NCBI GenBank assembly: GCA_963813155.1
Contig: CAWEYG010000001.1
Coordinates: forward strand, 128,001-192,000
Length of the DNA: 64,000 nucleotides
Direction: 5' to 3'
Origin: an uncultured Acidobacteriota bacterium
Lineage (GTDB): Bacteria > Acidobacteriota > Thermoanaerobaculia > UBA5066 > DATFVB01
The position numbers and the translations under genes are program-made. Under the pieces are notes generated by a model. That model was not told the DNA's origin. It did not search any database and saw only the letters and a program-made list of their open reading frames with translations. Each line of letters starts with the position of its first letter. Within the stretch, counting starts at the first letter, position 1. Shown here piece after piece: positions 19,987 to 29,051 of the stretch.

Positions 19987-22506
19987 TCATCTCAATCCCG
20001 TCACCAGATAGAGCTCCGAGGCGGAATGAAATCGGGCGTACGCGCAGAAACGACCGTCGGGCGTCAGCTGGACGCTGTCGCTGACCACGGCGCCGCCCTC
20101 CGCCGTGTCGACGAGCTGCATCCAGGGCCCCTTGCGGCCGCTGACGACGTCGAACCGAACGATCTTCGTTCCCTTCACGAGAAAGAGGAATCGTCCAGTC
20201 GAGTCCCACCCCATGGGATTCTCGTCTTCGTCGATCCCCGGAATCGACCGCGCGGCGCCGGTGCCGTCCACCGGGAACAGGTTGAGGACGTGCGGCGGCA
20301 TCCAGGCGGCGACGTGTCTGCCATCCGGAGGAATGCGGGACGCCAGGCCGCCGCCCTCGGGGCTCACGGCGATCGGGGCTCCACCGGAGATCGGCAGCAC
20401 ATAAAGCCGCAGACGTTCCCCCTTCTGCCTTCCCGAGACGACGAGCCGCTTGCCGTCGGGAAGGAAGAGGGCGTACTGGCACATGATGCCGCCCGTATCC
20501 AGGGATTTCGGCTCGCCGGGACCGGTCGGAAGCAGCAGGACGTGGTCGGGAGATATCACCGGGAGAGCGAGCGCCCACTTTCCGTCGGGGGAAAGGTCCT
20601 GGGCGATACCCTCGCCGAGGCGGATGGCCGGCGAGATGCCGTCGGTCGGGCGGATATACACGACGTCGTCCTCGTCGAGGAGCATGATCTTTCCGTCCGG
20701 GGAGAGGGCTTTCGGCATCGAGAAACCGTACCAGGAGAGGTCCCGGGGAGGACCACTGCCGGAAGACTGAAAGATCGCCGAGATGCGGGCGTCCCAGCGC
20801 GCGAGCAGGACGCGCCCGTCCGGCGCGATGTCTTTCACGACGAGGATTCCGGGAGCGCTCGCGACGAGACGCTGCCGGCCGGAGAGAGAGACCGCGTGGA
20901 GCGCCAGGACGCCCGATTTCGGGCCTTCCCGGGCCGTGAACCAGATTTCGTTCCGGACCGGATTCCAGGCCATGCCGATCAGATCGCTCCAGCCGCCGCT
21001 CAGGACCCGCTTGTGGCCAGCCAGGTCGACAACGCACGCGGATGCCGAGCCCGCGCGATCCTCTCGAAAGGCTATGCGATCCCCTCCGGGCAAGAAATGA
21101 ATTTCGTCGACCCGGGCTCCCGGACCGGCGTCATAGAGAACCCTTCCCACCGGAAATTCGATCTTGCCGCCCCGCGAGATCGCGAGCCTCTCGGTGCCGG
21201 GCTGATAGTCCGCGAAAGTCACCTTCTCCGCGATCAGCCGGGGGGCGCCGGCCGCGAGCGACGTCTCCGCCAACGTGTCGGCGTCGGGTCCGATCCCGAT
21301 CGCGACTTTTCCCGAAGGAGAGATCGAGAAGAGCATCGCGGGAGGAAGGGCGAGCGGTGTCGAATCCCTGTCGTTCGTACGCGTCAGGTAGACTTTCGAG
21401 TCTTTTCCGTCCCATGAGGCGCTGTAGAGAATGGTCTGTCCGTCGGGGGCGAATTTGGCGCGGACCACGTCTCCACGGCGAAAAGTGAGCTGCTGATAGA
21501 AGGGAGGCGGCGGCGCGGGGCGAAGAGCGAAGAAGAGCGCCGCAGCCGTCGCGAGGACGGCGACTCCCGCCGTTATCTTGAAGGGCAGGGTCCCGCGCGA
21601 TCGGGCCGGCATCGTTCCAGCCGACGCGGATATCGGTCCCGTTCCCAGGGAAGCCGCTCGAAAGCGGCCGAGATCGTGGGCAAGGTCGCGAGTCGCGGCG
21701 TATCGCTCTCCCGGCTCCTTGGAGAGACAGCGCTCGACGACCCAGACGACCGGCGCGGGCGTCTTCGGGGCGGCCTGCGACAGGGGTTCGGGCTCCTCCC
21801 GGAGGATTGCCGTCATCGTTTCCGCTGCGGTCGTGCGCCGGAAGGGCGAGCGGCCGGCGAGGAGCTCGTAGAGAATCGAACCGAACGCGAACTGGTCCGA
21901 GCGGAAATCCACGACGCGCCCGCTTGCCTGCTCCGGCGACATGTAGCCCACGGTCCCCATGACGACGCCGGCAGAGGTCTGGCGCCCGTCGGAGGTCGGA
22001 AGCTGCGAAATTCCGGGTCCGCTCGATTCGGTCAGCTTCGCGAGACCGAAGTCGGCGATCTTCGCCAATCCGGACCGAGTCAGCAGGATGTTCTCCGGCT
22101 TCAGGTCCCGGTGGACGATTCCCTTCTCGTGCGCAGCCGCGAGCCCCGACGCGATCTGCTCCGCAAGGTCGAGGGCCTTTCGAATGGGGAGAGCTCCGCC
22201 GTCGACGGTGCGCCGCAGGTCCGATCCGTCGACGAGCTCGCATGCGAAATAGTGCAGCCCGCTCTCCGTGCCGACGTCGAAAACCGTGACGATATGAGGA
22301 TCGGAGAGCGCGGAAGCGGCCCGGGCTTCTCCTTCAAAGCGTCGCAGACGTTCCGGGTCTCTCGCGAACTCTTCCGGCAGGACCTTGACGGCCACCTCGC
22401 GTCCGAGCCGGGTGTCCCGGGCTCTGTAGACTTCTCCCATTCCCCCGGCGCCGAGCGGGGCGAGGATCTCGTAGGGGCCGAGGCGAGTGCCGGCCGAGAG
22501 GGACAT
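19987..22506 (-). CDS. Ser/Thr protein kinase + TM + beta-propeller (tandem paralogue)
   Basis: MSLSAGTRLGPYEI, HRDLKPEN, DFGLA, QQLTFRRG, FAPDG/SPDG repeats. Confidence 0.9.
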   Translation of the reverse strand: MSLSAGTRLGPYEILAPLGAGGMGEVYRARDTRLGREVAVKVLPEEFARDPERLRRFEGEARAASALSDPHIVTVFDVGTESGLHYFACELVDGSDLRRTVDGGALPIRKALDLAEQIASGLAAAHEKGIVHRDLKPENILLTRSGLAKIADFGLAKLTESSGPGISQLPTSDGRQTSAGVVMGTVGYMSPEQASGRVVDFRSDQFAFGSILYELLAGRSPFRRTTAAETMTAILREEPEPLSQAAPKTPAPVVWVVERCLSKEPGERYAATRDLAHDLGRFRAASLGTGPISASAGTMPARSRGTLPFKITAGVAVLATAAALFFALRPAPPPPFYQQLTFRRGDVVRAKFAPDGQTILYSASWDGKDSKVYLTRTNDRDSTPLALPPAMLFSISPSGKVAIGIGPDADTLAETSLAAGAPRLIAEKVTFADYQPGTERLAISRGGKIEFPVGRVLYDAGPGARVDEIHFLPGGDRIAFREDRAGSASACVVDLAGHKRVLSGGWSDLIGMAWNPVRNEIWFTAREGPKSGVLALHAVSLSGRQRLVASAPGILVVKDIAPDGRVLLARWDARISAIFQSSGSGPPRDLSWYGFSMPKALSPDGKIMLLDEDDVVYIRPTDGISPAIRLGEGIAQDLSPDGKWALALPVISPDHVLLLPTGPGEPKSLDTGGIMCQYALFLPDGKRLVVSGRQKGERLRLYVLPISGGAPIAVSPEGGGLASRIPPDGRHVAAWMPPHVLNLFPVDGTGAARSIPGIDEDENPMGWDSTGRFLFLVKGTKIVRFDVVSGRKGPWMQLVDTAEGGAVVSDSVQLTPDGRFCAYARFHSASELYLVTGLR

Positions 22507-22533
22507 TCTCCCGAAATGATAGAGGAGACGCCG

Positions 22534-23505
22534 TCAGGACGCGAAGTAGAGATCGAGCGTGAAGCGAGCCTGGGGGTCGAGGAAACGCCGCCGCAGGGAG
22601 AATCCCTCCACTTCGACCATTTCGCAGAGCCTCTCCGGAGAGTATTTGTAGGAGCTTTCGGTCCAGATCGATTCTCCCGCCTCGAAGCGGATCTCGCACT
22701 CCGCGCCGGGAATCGCGATCCGCTGCGCCCGCCGGCTCACGAGGTGCATCTCGACCCGGGACTCCTCCGGGTTGAACACGGCCCGATGGTCAAACGACTC
22801 GAGGTCGAAATTGCCGCCGAGCTCGCGGTTGATGCGAACGAGCAGATTCTTGTTGAACGCCGCGGTGACGCCGAGCGGGTCGTCGTAGGCGAGGAGCAGG
22901 TCGGCGTCGGGCTTCACGAGATCCGCTCCGAGCAGCAGCGCGTCTCCCGGCCCGAGGGCCTTGCGAATGGAAGAGAGAAACGTCCGCGCGGCCGCGGTGT
23001 CGAAATTGCCGAGGTTCGAGCCGAGGAAGAGAACCAGCAGGCGCCCGCTCCCGGTTCGGGCCGCGGCGACCCGTCGCAGCCCTTCCTCGTACGTCGCCCG
23101 GTGGCCGACGACGGAGATCCCCTCGTACCGGCCGAGACGGTTCTCGGTCTGTTCGAGCGCGGTCTGCGAGATGTCGATGAGATGCGTCATCAGCGTCCGC
23201 CGTCCGCGAACGAACGCGGACGCCAGAATCGCGGTTTTTTCCCCGTCGCCGGGGCCGAGCTCCGTCAGCGTCAGCGGGTCCCCCATTTCCGACGAGATCT
23301 CTCCCGCGTGCCGCGACAGGAGCGAGAGCTCCGCGCGAGTGATCGGATACCACGGGAGCCGGCAGATCGCTTCGAAGAGCCGGCTGCCGAGCGCGTCGTA
23401 GAGGTACTTCGACTGGAGCTGCTTCGGCGAGAGGCCGAGATCCCGCGCCACGTCCTTTCCGAATGCGCTGCCCGCGATGGACGTCGATTCTCCCTGCGCG
23501 GTCAA
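22534..23505 (-). CDS. egtD: L-histidine N-alpha-methyltransferase
   Basis: PKQLQSKYLYDALGSRLFEAIC.LPWYPITRAE, FLGSNLGN, YDDPLGVTAAFNKN, ESIWTESSYKY. TTG start overlaps the egtB stop. Confidence 0.92.
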   Translation of the reverse strand: MTAQGESTSIAGSAFGKDVARDLGLSPKQLQSKYLYDALGSRLFEAICRLPWYPITRAELSLLSRHAGEISSEMGDPLTLTELGPGDGEKTAILASAFVRGRRTLMTHLIDISQTALEQTENRLGRYEGISVVGHRATYEEGLRRVAAARTGSGRLLVLFLGSNLGNFDTAAARTFLSSIRKALGPGDALLLGADLVKPDADLLLAYDDPLGVTAAFNKNLLVRINRELGGNFDLESFDHRAVFNPEESRVEMHLVSRRAQRIAIPGAECEIRFEAGESIWTESSYKYSPERLCEMVEVEGFSLRRRFLDPQARFTLDLYFAS

Positions 23506-24827
23506 CCGGCGTCCTGCGCGCACCGGAACGTCGCATACGGATACGGGTAGTGCTCCTGGAACCAGTTGCGGAACGTCCGGCGCAGGAATTCGGGCGAAGT
23601 CGCCGGAGAGCCCCCTTTCATGACGAAGTGGCGGCCGTCGAAGAAGTCCGCGGAATAGCCGGGATAGAGCGGGCTCGGCGAGAAGCCGGGGAAACCGGCG
23701 AAGACCGAGCTCGTCCATTCCCACCCGTTGCCGACGAGGTCGTCGACTCCCCAGAAGCTCGCCCCGGCCGGAAACGAGCCGACGGGCACGGGATCGCAGC
23801 GGAACAGGTCGAAGTTGCCTCGCGTCCCGTCGGGAGGTTCCTCGCCCCACGGAAAGGCGCGCTCGTTCTCGTCGGCCGTTCCATACGCGGCGCGATGGTA
23901 TTCCGCCTCGGTCGGCAGGCGCCTGCTCCGCCACTTTGCAAACGCGCGCGCCTCCGCGAGGCTCGCGTAGACGGGCCAGGACATCGGCAGCTCGACGTGT
24001 TCGAACATCGCTCGCAAGATCCACCGACGGCCGTCGCGGCTCCAGAAGAGCGGGTGCTCGATGCGGTTCCGCGATCTCCACTCCCAGTCTTCAGGATTCC
24101 AGAGCGACTCGCTTCGATATCCCCCCGCTTCCACGAACTCCAGGTATTCCCCGTTCGTAACGTCGTAGCGGTCGATCTCGAAAGCGGGAACGTCCATGGC
24201 GAGCCGCGGAAACTCGTTGTCCCAGCCGAACGGAATTTCGCCCCGAAGAGCTCCGAGCGTCGCGCGCCCCGCGGGGACGCGGACGGTCTCCGCGCGCGGC
24301 GCGATCCCGTACACCGGGCGCGGCGCCCGGTCCGGAGGAGTTTTCTTCGCCGGATCGAGCAGGTGAAAGATGTACAGGAGAGTTTCCTGGTGCATCGCCT
24401 CGTGCTCGAGACAGATCGCCGCCGCCTCCCGGGCGCGCTCTTCGTCCGGAACGTCGCCCGCGTCGATCGCCTCGAACGCGGCGCCGAGTCTCGACGCCGC
24501 TTCGCGAACGTACTGTTCGATCTCGTCTCGCGGCGGCCAGCGGGAGATCGCGACCTTCTCGGCCGCATCCCGATCCGAGGGGTCGATGCCTCGCTCGAAC
24601 AGGGTCTCGAAGTCCTCCCGGATGCCGGGCCACCCGAGAGCCCTCTTCAAGAGGGTGTTGATGGAGAACGCGGCGAGGTGGCCGCGGTAGAAAACAATCG
24701 GATGGCGCAGGGGAAGCGGACGCTCGAAGAAGGCCCCGTCGCGGAGGAAGCCGAAATACTGATCGGTGCGCGCCCGCACCGCAGAGAACCGGGACAGAAG
24801 AGTGCCTCGGGCAACCGTCGAGCTCAT
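23502..24827 (-). CDS. egtB: Ergothioneine sulfoxide synthase (DinB_2 + FGE-sulfatase domains)
   Basis: RHPIVFYRGH, EHEAMHQET (HX3HXE), FGWDNE, RLPTEAE, GNGWEWT, YSADFFDG; adjacent to egtD. Confidence 0.85.
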   Translation of the reverse strand: MSSTVARGTLLSRFSAVRARTDQYFGFLRDGAFFERPLPLRHPIVFYRGHLAAFSINTLLKRALGWPGIREDFETLFERGIDPSDRDAAEKVAISRWPPRDEIEQYVREAASRLGAAFEAIDAGDVPDEERAREAAAICLEHEAMHQETLLYIFHLLDPAKKTPPDRAPRPVYGIAPRAETVRVPAGRATLGALRGEIPFGWDNEFPRLAMDVPAFEIDRYDVTNGEYLEFVEAGGYRSESLWNPEDWEWRSRNRIEHPLFWSRDGRRWILRAMFEHVELPMSWPVYASLAEARAFAKWRSRRLPTEAEYHRAAYGTADENERAFPWGEEPPDGTRGNFDLFRCDPVPVGSFPAGASFWGVDDLVGNGWEWTSSVFAGFPGFSPSPLYPGYSADFFDGRHFVMKGGSPATSPEFLRRTFRNWFQEHYPYPYATFRCAQDAG

Positions 24828-24898
24828 GGCCTCCTCCTCCCGGGCATTCTATGTCCTGTCCTTTGTCTTTTGCGGTTCGATCGGGCAGACTCCGGCAG

Positions 24899-26074
24899 AT
24901 GACGCTTCGCCTCTCAACCGCCGGGGAATCCCACGGGCCCGCCCTGACCGCGATTCTTACCGGTTTGCCGGCGGGTCTCGCTCTCGACGCGAACTTCCTC
25001 GCCGCCGAAATGCGGCGGCGGCAAAAAGGCTACGGGCGCGGGGGACGCATGAAGATCGAATCCGACCGCGTCGAGATCACCGGAGGCGCGCGGGGAGGAA
25101 GAACGCTCGGCTCCCCGGTTTCGTTTCGCATCGAAAACCTGGACTTCGCGAACTGGAAGCCGGTCATGGACCCCTGGGCCGTCGACCCCGAGGCGGCGGC
25201 GTCCCGGCGCGTGACGAGGCCGCGCCCGGGCCACGCGGACCTCGCGGGAGGAGAGAAGTACGGGTTCGAGGACCTTCGCGACGTGCTGGAACGGGCTTCC
25301 GCGCGGGAGAGCGCGGCTCGGGTCGCGGCGGGCGCCGTCTGCAAGATGCTGCTGAGCGAGTGCGGCATCGAGGTCCGAAGCGGCGTGCTGTCGGTCGGAG
25401 CCGTTTTTTCGGCGTCCGAACGGTCGTTCGATTCCCTCTGGAAAGTCGACGACGACTCTCCCCTGCGGGCCCTCGACCCGGTCGCGGAAAAGGAGATGGT
25501 CCGAGCCGTCGACGAGGCGAAGGCGAAGGGGGAAACGCTCGGGGGATCGATCCTCGTCGGGGCGCGAAACGTCCCGGCGGGCCTCGGCTCTTACGTGAGC
25601 TGGGACCGCAAGCTCGACGGGCGGATCGCCCAGGCGATCCTTTCAGTTCCGGCCGTGAAGGCCGTCGAGTTCGGGGGCGCCATCGAGGCGTCCCAGCACT
25701 TCGGCTCGGAAGCCCACGACGAAATCGCTCCCGGCGGCCGCCGGAAAACGAACCGCGCGGGCGGCCTCGAGGGGGGCGTTACGAACGGCGAGGACGTCAC
25801 GCTCGTCGCGTTCATGAAGCCGATTTCGACGCTCGCCCGAGGCCTCGCGTCGATCGACCTCGAGACGGGAAAACCGGCGACCTCCGCCTACGAGCGCAGC
25901 GACGTGACCGCCGTGCCCGCATGCGGCGTCATCTGCGAGGCGATGCTGGCGTTCGTTCTCGCCGACGCACTGCTCGAAGTGACCGGGGGCGACCGGATCG
26001 AGGACGTGAAACGACGCCTCGAGGATCACCGAAAGCGCGTCGACGCGTTTGCCCGGAGGCCGGGCTCGTCTTAG
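24899..26074 (+). CDS. aroC: Chorismate synthase
   Basis: TAGESHG, RRQKGYGRGGRM, RPGHADLAG, ERASARESA, NRAGGLEGG, MKPISTL, ERSD. Confidence 0.96.
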   Translation: MTLRLSTAGESHGPALTAILTGLPAGLALDANFLAAEMRRRQKGYGRGGRMKIESDRVEITGGARGGRTLGSPVSFRIENLDFANWKPVMDPWAVDPEAAASRRVTRPRPGHADLAGGEKYGFEDLRDVLERASARESAARVAAGAVCKMLLSECGIEVRSGVLSVGAVFSASERSFDSLWKVDDDSPLRALDPVAEKEMVRAVDEAKAKGETLGGSILVGARNVPAGLGSYVSWDRKLDGRIAQAILSVPAVKAVEFGGAIEASQHFGSEAHDEIAPGGRRKTNRAGGLEGGVTNGEDVTLVAFMKPISTLARGLASIDLETGKPATSAYERSDVTAVPACGVICEAMLAFVLADALLEVTGGDRIEDVKRRLEDHRKRVDAFARRPGSS

Positions 26075-26080
26075 TCCGCC

Positions 26081-27772
26081 CTAGGGACAGACTTGCGCCG
26101 TGTCGACCTCCTCGGGAGTGGTCGTTCGCCGGTCGGTCCACAACGGCGAGGCGCAGCTGAGATACGCGGCGAGCCCTTCGTAATCGCCGTATTGGTCCGG
26201 GCTCGCTCCCGCCGTCGTTTCGTCGCTCATCGCAGACGTCACGCGCACCTCGGGAATGAAGGTCGCGCCCCCGTCGAACGACTTCGTGTAATAGATGTCC
26301 GTCTTCTTCCGGTTCGGGTCGTTGCGCGTGTCGCGCCACATGACGTGAATCGTCCCGTCGGTGTCGTCCACGTGCATCCACTGGTTGAAGTGATCGACGC
26401 GGGGAAGGCTCGAGTTGACCTTGACGGGGGACGACCAGGTCGTGCCGCCGTCGGTCGATCGGGAGAACCAGACATTGGCCGTGTTCGTGCTGGTCGCGAG
26501 GACGCAGCCGCTCGACTGCGAAGCCGAAAAGTCGTTCCAGACCGCATACACCCAACCGCGGCGCGGGCTCGTGCTGCGGTCGACGTCGATCGAAGGATAG
26601 ATGAGCGCCCGGCGGTTGCACTGCGCGGGAATGCCGTAGTCGTAGCTGTCGACGGTCGACGCGATGGTTCGGTAGGGGCTCCAGGTCGAGCCGCAGTTGG
26701 TGGACTTCGAGACGTTGATCGTTTTCTGCGCCGTGCTCGTCCAGGCCGTGTACACGGGGGCAGCCGCTCCGGGGGAAGCCGGCGGACCGACGGCCAGATC
26801 GCAGGCGAGCGTGGAGCCTTTCGTCTGAACGGCCGTCTTCGGCCGGAAGACGCCGGAGTTGGGAGCCGTCGTGCTGGAGACGTACTGGGCCTTGCCGTTG
26901 TCCCACCCGACGTAAATCTGGTCACGACAGGCACTGTCGGTCTGATAGTCGATCGTGGCGAGCTCCTTGTCGTTTCCCGCCGCGTCGTCGACGATGATCT
27001 GCGTCGGCCAGGTCGCTCCGTGGTCGGTCGACCTGTAGAGCTTTACGGCGGTCACGCTGGACGTGTAGTCGAGAGTCGCCGAATACACGTTCCCGTTCGA
27101 ATCGAAATTCACTCCGGGATCGGAATGGTTCGTGCGGGTCGGGATGAGCTCGACTTTCGACCAGGTCGACCCGTAATCCGACGAGTGGTACGTCATCTGC
27201 CCCCGGCCCGAAAGGTTGATGTTGGAGGCCCCGACGAGGTATTGGGGATGGTGCGGATCGATCGCGATGTAGGTCTCCGACTCCGGAATCGCATCGTTGC
27301 TCGCATCGACGTTGGGATGGACGGTGACCGTGGAGGAAATCGTCGCGAGCGAAGATTCGAAGGACGCCGCTTCCGCCGCACCCGTTCCGCCCGAACCGCA
27401 CGATTTTTTCCCCTCGCGGTCGAGCTCGTTCATGTAGCTGTAAGCCCAGCGCGGGTACTGGAGCGGCCCGCTCTTCGGGTAGTTCAGCTCGGAAGCCAGG
27501 CGGCGAAACTCCTGGCGCTGGCGAACGGTCAGATTCGTCGCATCGTCGAAATCGTTCTGCGGCAGGCCGTAAAGTCGCCCGTCGACCCTCTGGCCTCCGT
27601 GGTGTCTCGCCAGGATGTCGTCGAGGACAACGCGCTCCGCCGAAATCCGGCTCTCGACGGATTCGAGACAGGGGCCCGCTTCGGGAGAGGCGAGCGGCTG
27701 TGACCAGGTCACCGGAGCGAAACAAAACGCGAGCGCGACCACAAAAAGGAGACGGTACAGGAATCGCCTCAT
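26081..27772 (-). CDS. Secreted sialidase-like/BNR Asp-box beta-propeller protein
   Basis: Signal peptide MRRFLYRLLFVVALAF; five Asp-boxes (SSDYGSTW, STDHGATW, STNCGSTW, STDGGTTW, SFDGGATF); YGDYEGLA...WTDRR. Confidence 0.8.
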   Translation of the reverse strand: MRRFLYRLLFVVALAFCFAPVTWSQPLASPEAGPCLESVESRISAERVVLDDILARHHGGQRVDGRLYGLPQNDFDDATNLTVRQRQEFRRLASELNYPKSGPLQYPRWAYSYMNELDREGKKSCGSGGTGAAEAASFESSLATISSTVTVHPNVDASNDAIPESETYIAIDPHHPQYLVGASNINLSGRGQMTYHSSDYGSTWSKVELIPTRTNHSDPGVNFDSNGNVYSATLDYTSSVTAVKLYRSTDHGATWPTQIIVDDAAGNDKELATIDYQTDSACRDQIYVGWDNGKAQYVSSTTAPNSGVFRPKTAVQTKGSTLACDLAVGPPASPGAAAPVYTAWTSTAQKTINVSKSTNCGSTWSPYRTIASTVDSYDYGIPAQCNRRALIYPSIDVDRSTSPRRGWVYAVWNDFSASQSSGCVLATSTNTANVWFSRSTDGGTTWSSPVKVNSSLPRVDHFNQWMHVDDTDGTIHVMWRDTRNDPNRKKTDIYYTKSFDGGATFIPEVRVTSAMSDETTAGASPDQYGDYEGLAAYLSCASPLWTDRRTTTPEEVDTAQVCP

Positions 27773-27818
27773 GGAAATCCTCCTCCCAAACCCACCAGAA
27801 GACTGCGGCTTTTCATGG

Positions 27819-27847
27819 AGTGTAATGGGAGCGCGTTTTTTCGTCAA
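27819..27847 (-). promoter_or_regulatory. Sigma70-type promoter for the Asp-box protein gene
   Basis: Minus strand TTGACG-17 bp-TACACT, followed by GGAGGAGG before ATG 27772. Confidence 0.65.
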
Positions 27848-27910
27848 CCGATCGGGAAACGGACGAACACGGGTGGCCACGCGGCGAGCCGTTGATAGAC
27901 TCTCCGCCGC

Positions 27911-29041
27911 ATGTTTGATTTTTCGAAAGATAGACTCGACCGGGAATTCCCCGTTCGCAAGAACTTCGTCTACCTGAACCACGCGGCCCTCGCACCGCTG
28001 CCGGCCCGCGTCGCGAAGGCGATCGTCGACCACACCGCCGACGTGTCGAACTTCGGCGTTCGGAACTGGAAGAAGTGGTACCGGCAGTACGACGAGACGC
28101 GCGAGAAGGCGGCGCGGTTCATCGGCGCAAACCCGGACCAGATCGCGTTTCTGCCCTCGACGTCGCACGCTCTCAACCTCGTGGCAACCGGGATCTCCTG
28201 GCGAACGGGGGACACCGTGCTCGGGGACGACCTCGAATTCACCGCGAACGTCTATCCGTGGATGAACCTGACGGAAAAGGGGGTCGAATACCGGATCCTC
28301 CAGAGCCGGGACGGCGTCATCACCGCCCAGAGCTTCCTCGAGAGGATCGATCCGACGACGCGCGTCCTCGCCGTCTCCTGGGTCTCGTTCCACAGCGGCT
28401 TCGTGTATCCGCTCGAGGAGCTCGGGAAGATCTGCGAGGAGCGCAACATCCTGTTCGTCGTCGATGCGATCCAGGGGCTCGGCACGATGCCGATCGACGT
28501 GAAGGCCCTTCGAATCGACGTCCTCGCGGCCGACGCGCACAAGTTCCTGTACGGTCCGGAAGCGTGCGCGACCTTCTACTTTTCCGAGAAGGCGAAGCGC
28601 CGCATCGGAACGCCCTGGGCCGGCTGGTGGAACGTGCCGTGGCGCGAGTCGCAACTGGAGTATCGGACGACCTTCTTCGAAGGCGGTCGGCGGTTCGAGC
28701 CCGGATCGCTTCCCACGGCGCAGATCTTCGGCCTCGCGGCGTCTCTCGACCTCTTGACGGAAATCGGAATGGAGGCGGCGCAGGAGCGGATCGGCCTCCT
28801 CACCGGCCGCCTGCGCGCCGGATTGACGGACCTCGGATGGACGATCAGGACTCCCGACGGCTCGCGATCCGCGATTCTCTCCGCCGTCCCGCCGGGCGGG
28901 AACGCGCGCGACGCGGTCGCGAAGCTCGAAAAAGACGGAATCATCGCGGCTCCCCGCGAAGGCGCCGTGCGACTCTCACCGCACGTCGGAAACGACCTGG
29001 AAGAGATCGAAAGGGTTCTGGAGGCGATACGAAGGTGGTAG
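27911..29041 (+). CDS. Class V PLP aminotransferase / cysteine desulfurase-like enzyme
   Basis: YLNHAALAP, STSHALN, VDAIQGLG, ADAHKFLYGP (PLP lysine), RFEPGS, VRLSPH. Confidence 0.88.
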   Translation: MFDFSKDRLDREFPVRKNFVYLNHAALAPLPARVAKAIVDHTADVSNFGVRNWKKWYRQYDETREKAARFIGANPDQIAFLPSTSHALNLVATGISWRTGDTVLGDDLEFTANVYPWMNLTEKGVEYRILQSRDGVITAQSFLERIDPTTRVLAVSWVSFHSGFVYPLEELGKICEERNILFVVDAIQGLGTMPIDVKALRIDVLAADAHKFLYGPEACATFYFSEKAKRRIGTPWAGWWNVPWRESQLEYRTTFFEGGRRFEPGSLPTAQIFGLAASLDLLTEIGMEAAQERIGLLTGRLRAGLTDLGWTIRTPDGSRSAILSAVPPGGNARDAVAKLEKDGIIAAPREGAVRLSPHVGNDLEEIERVLEAIRRW

Positions 29042-29051
29042 AACGCCGCTG

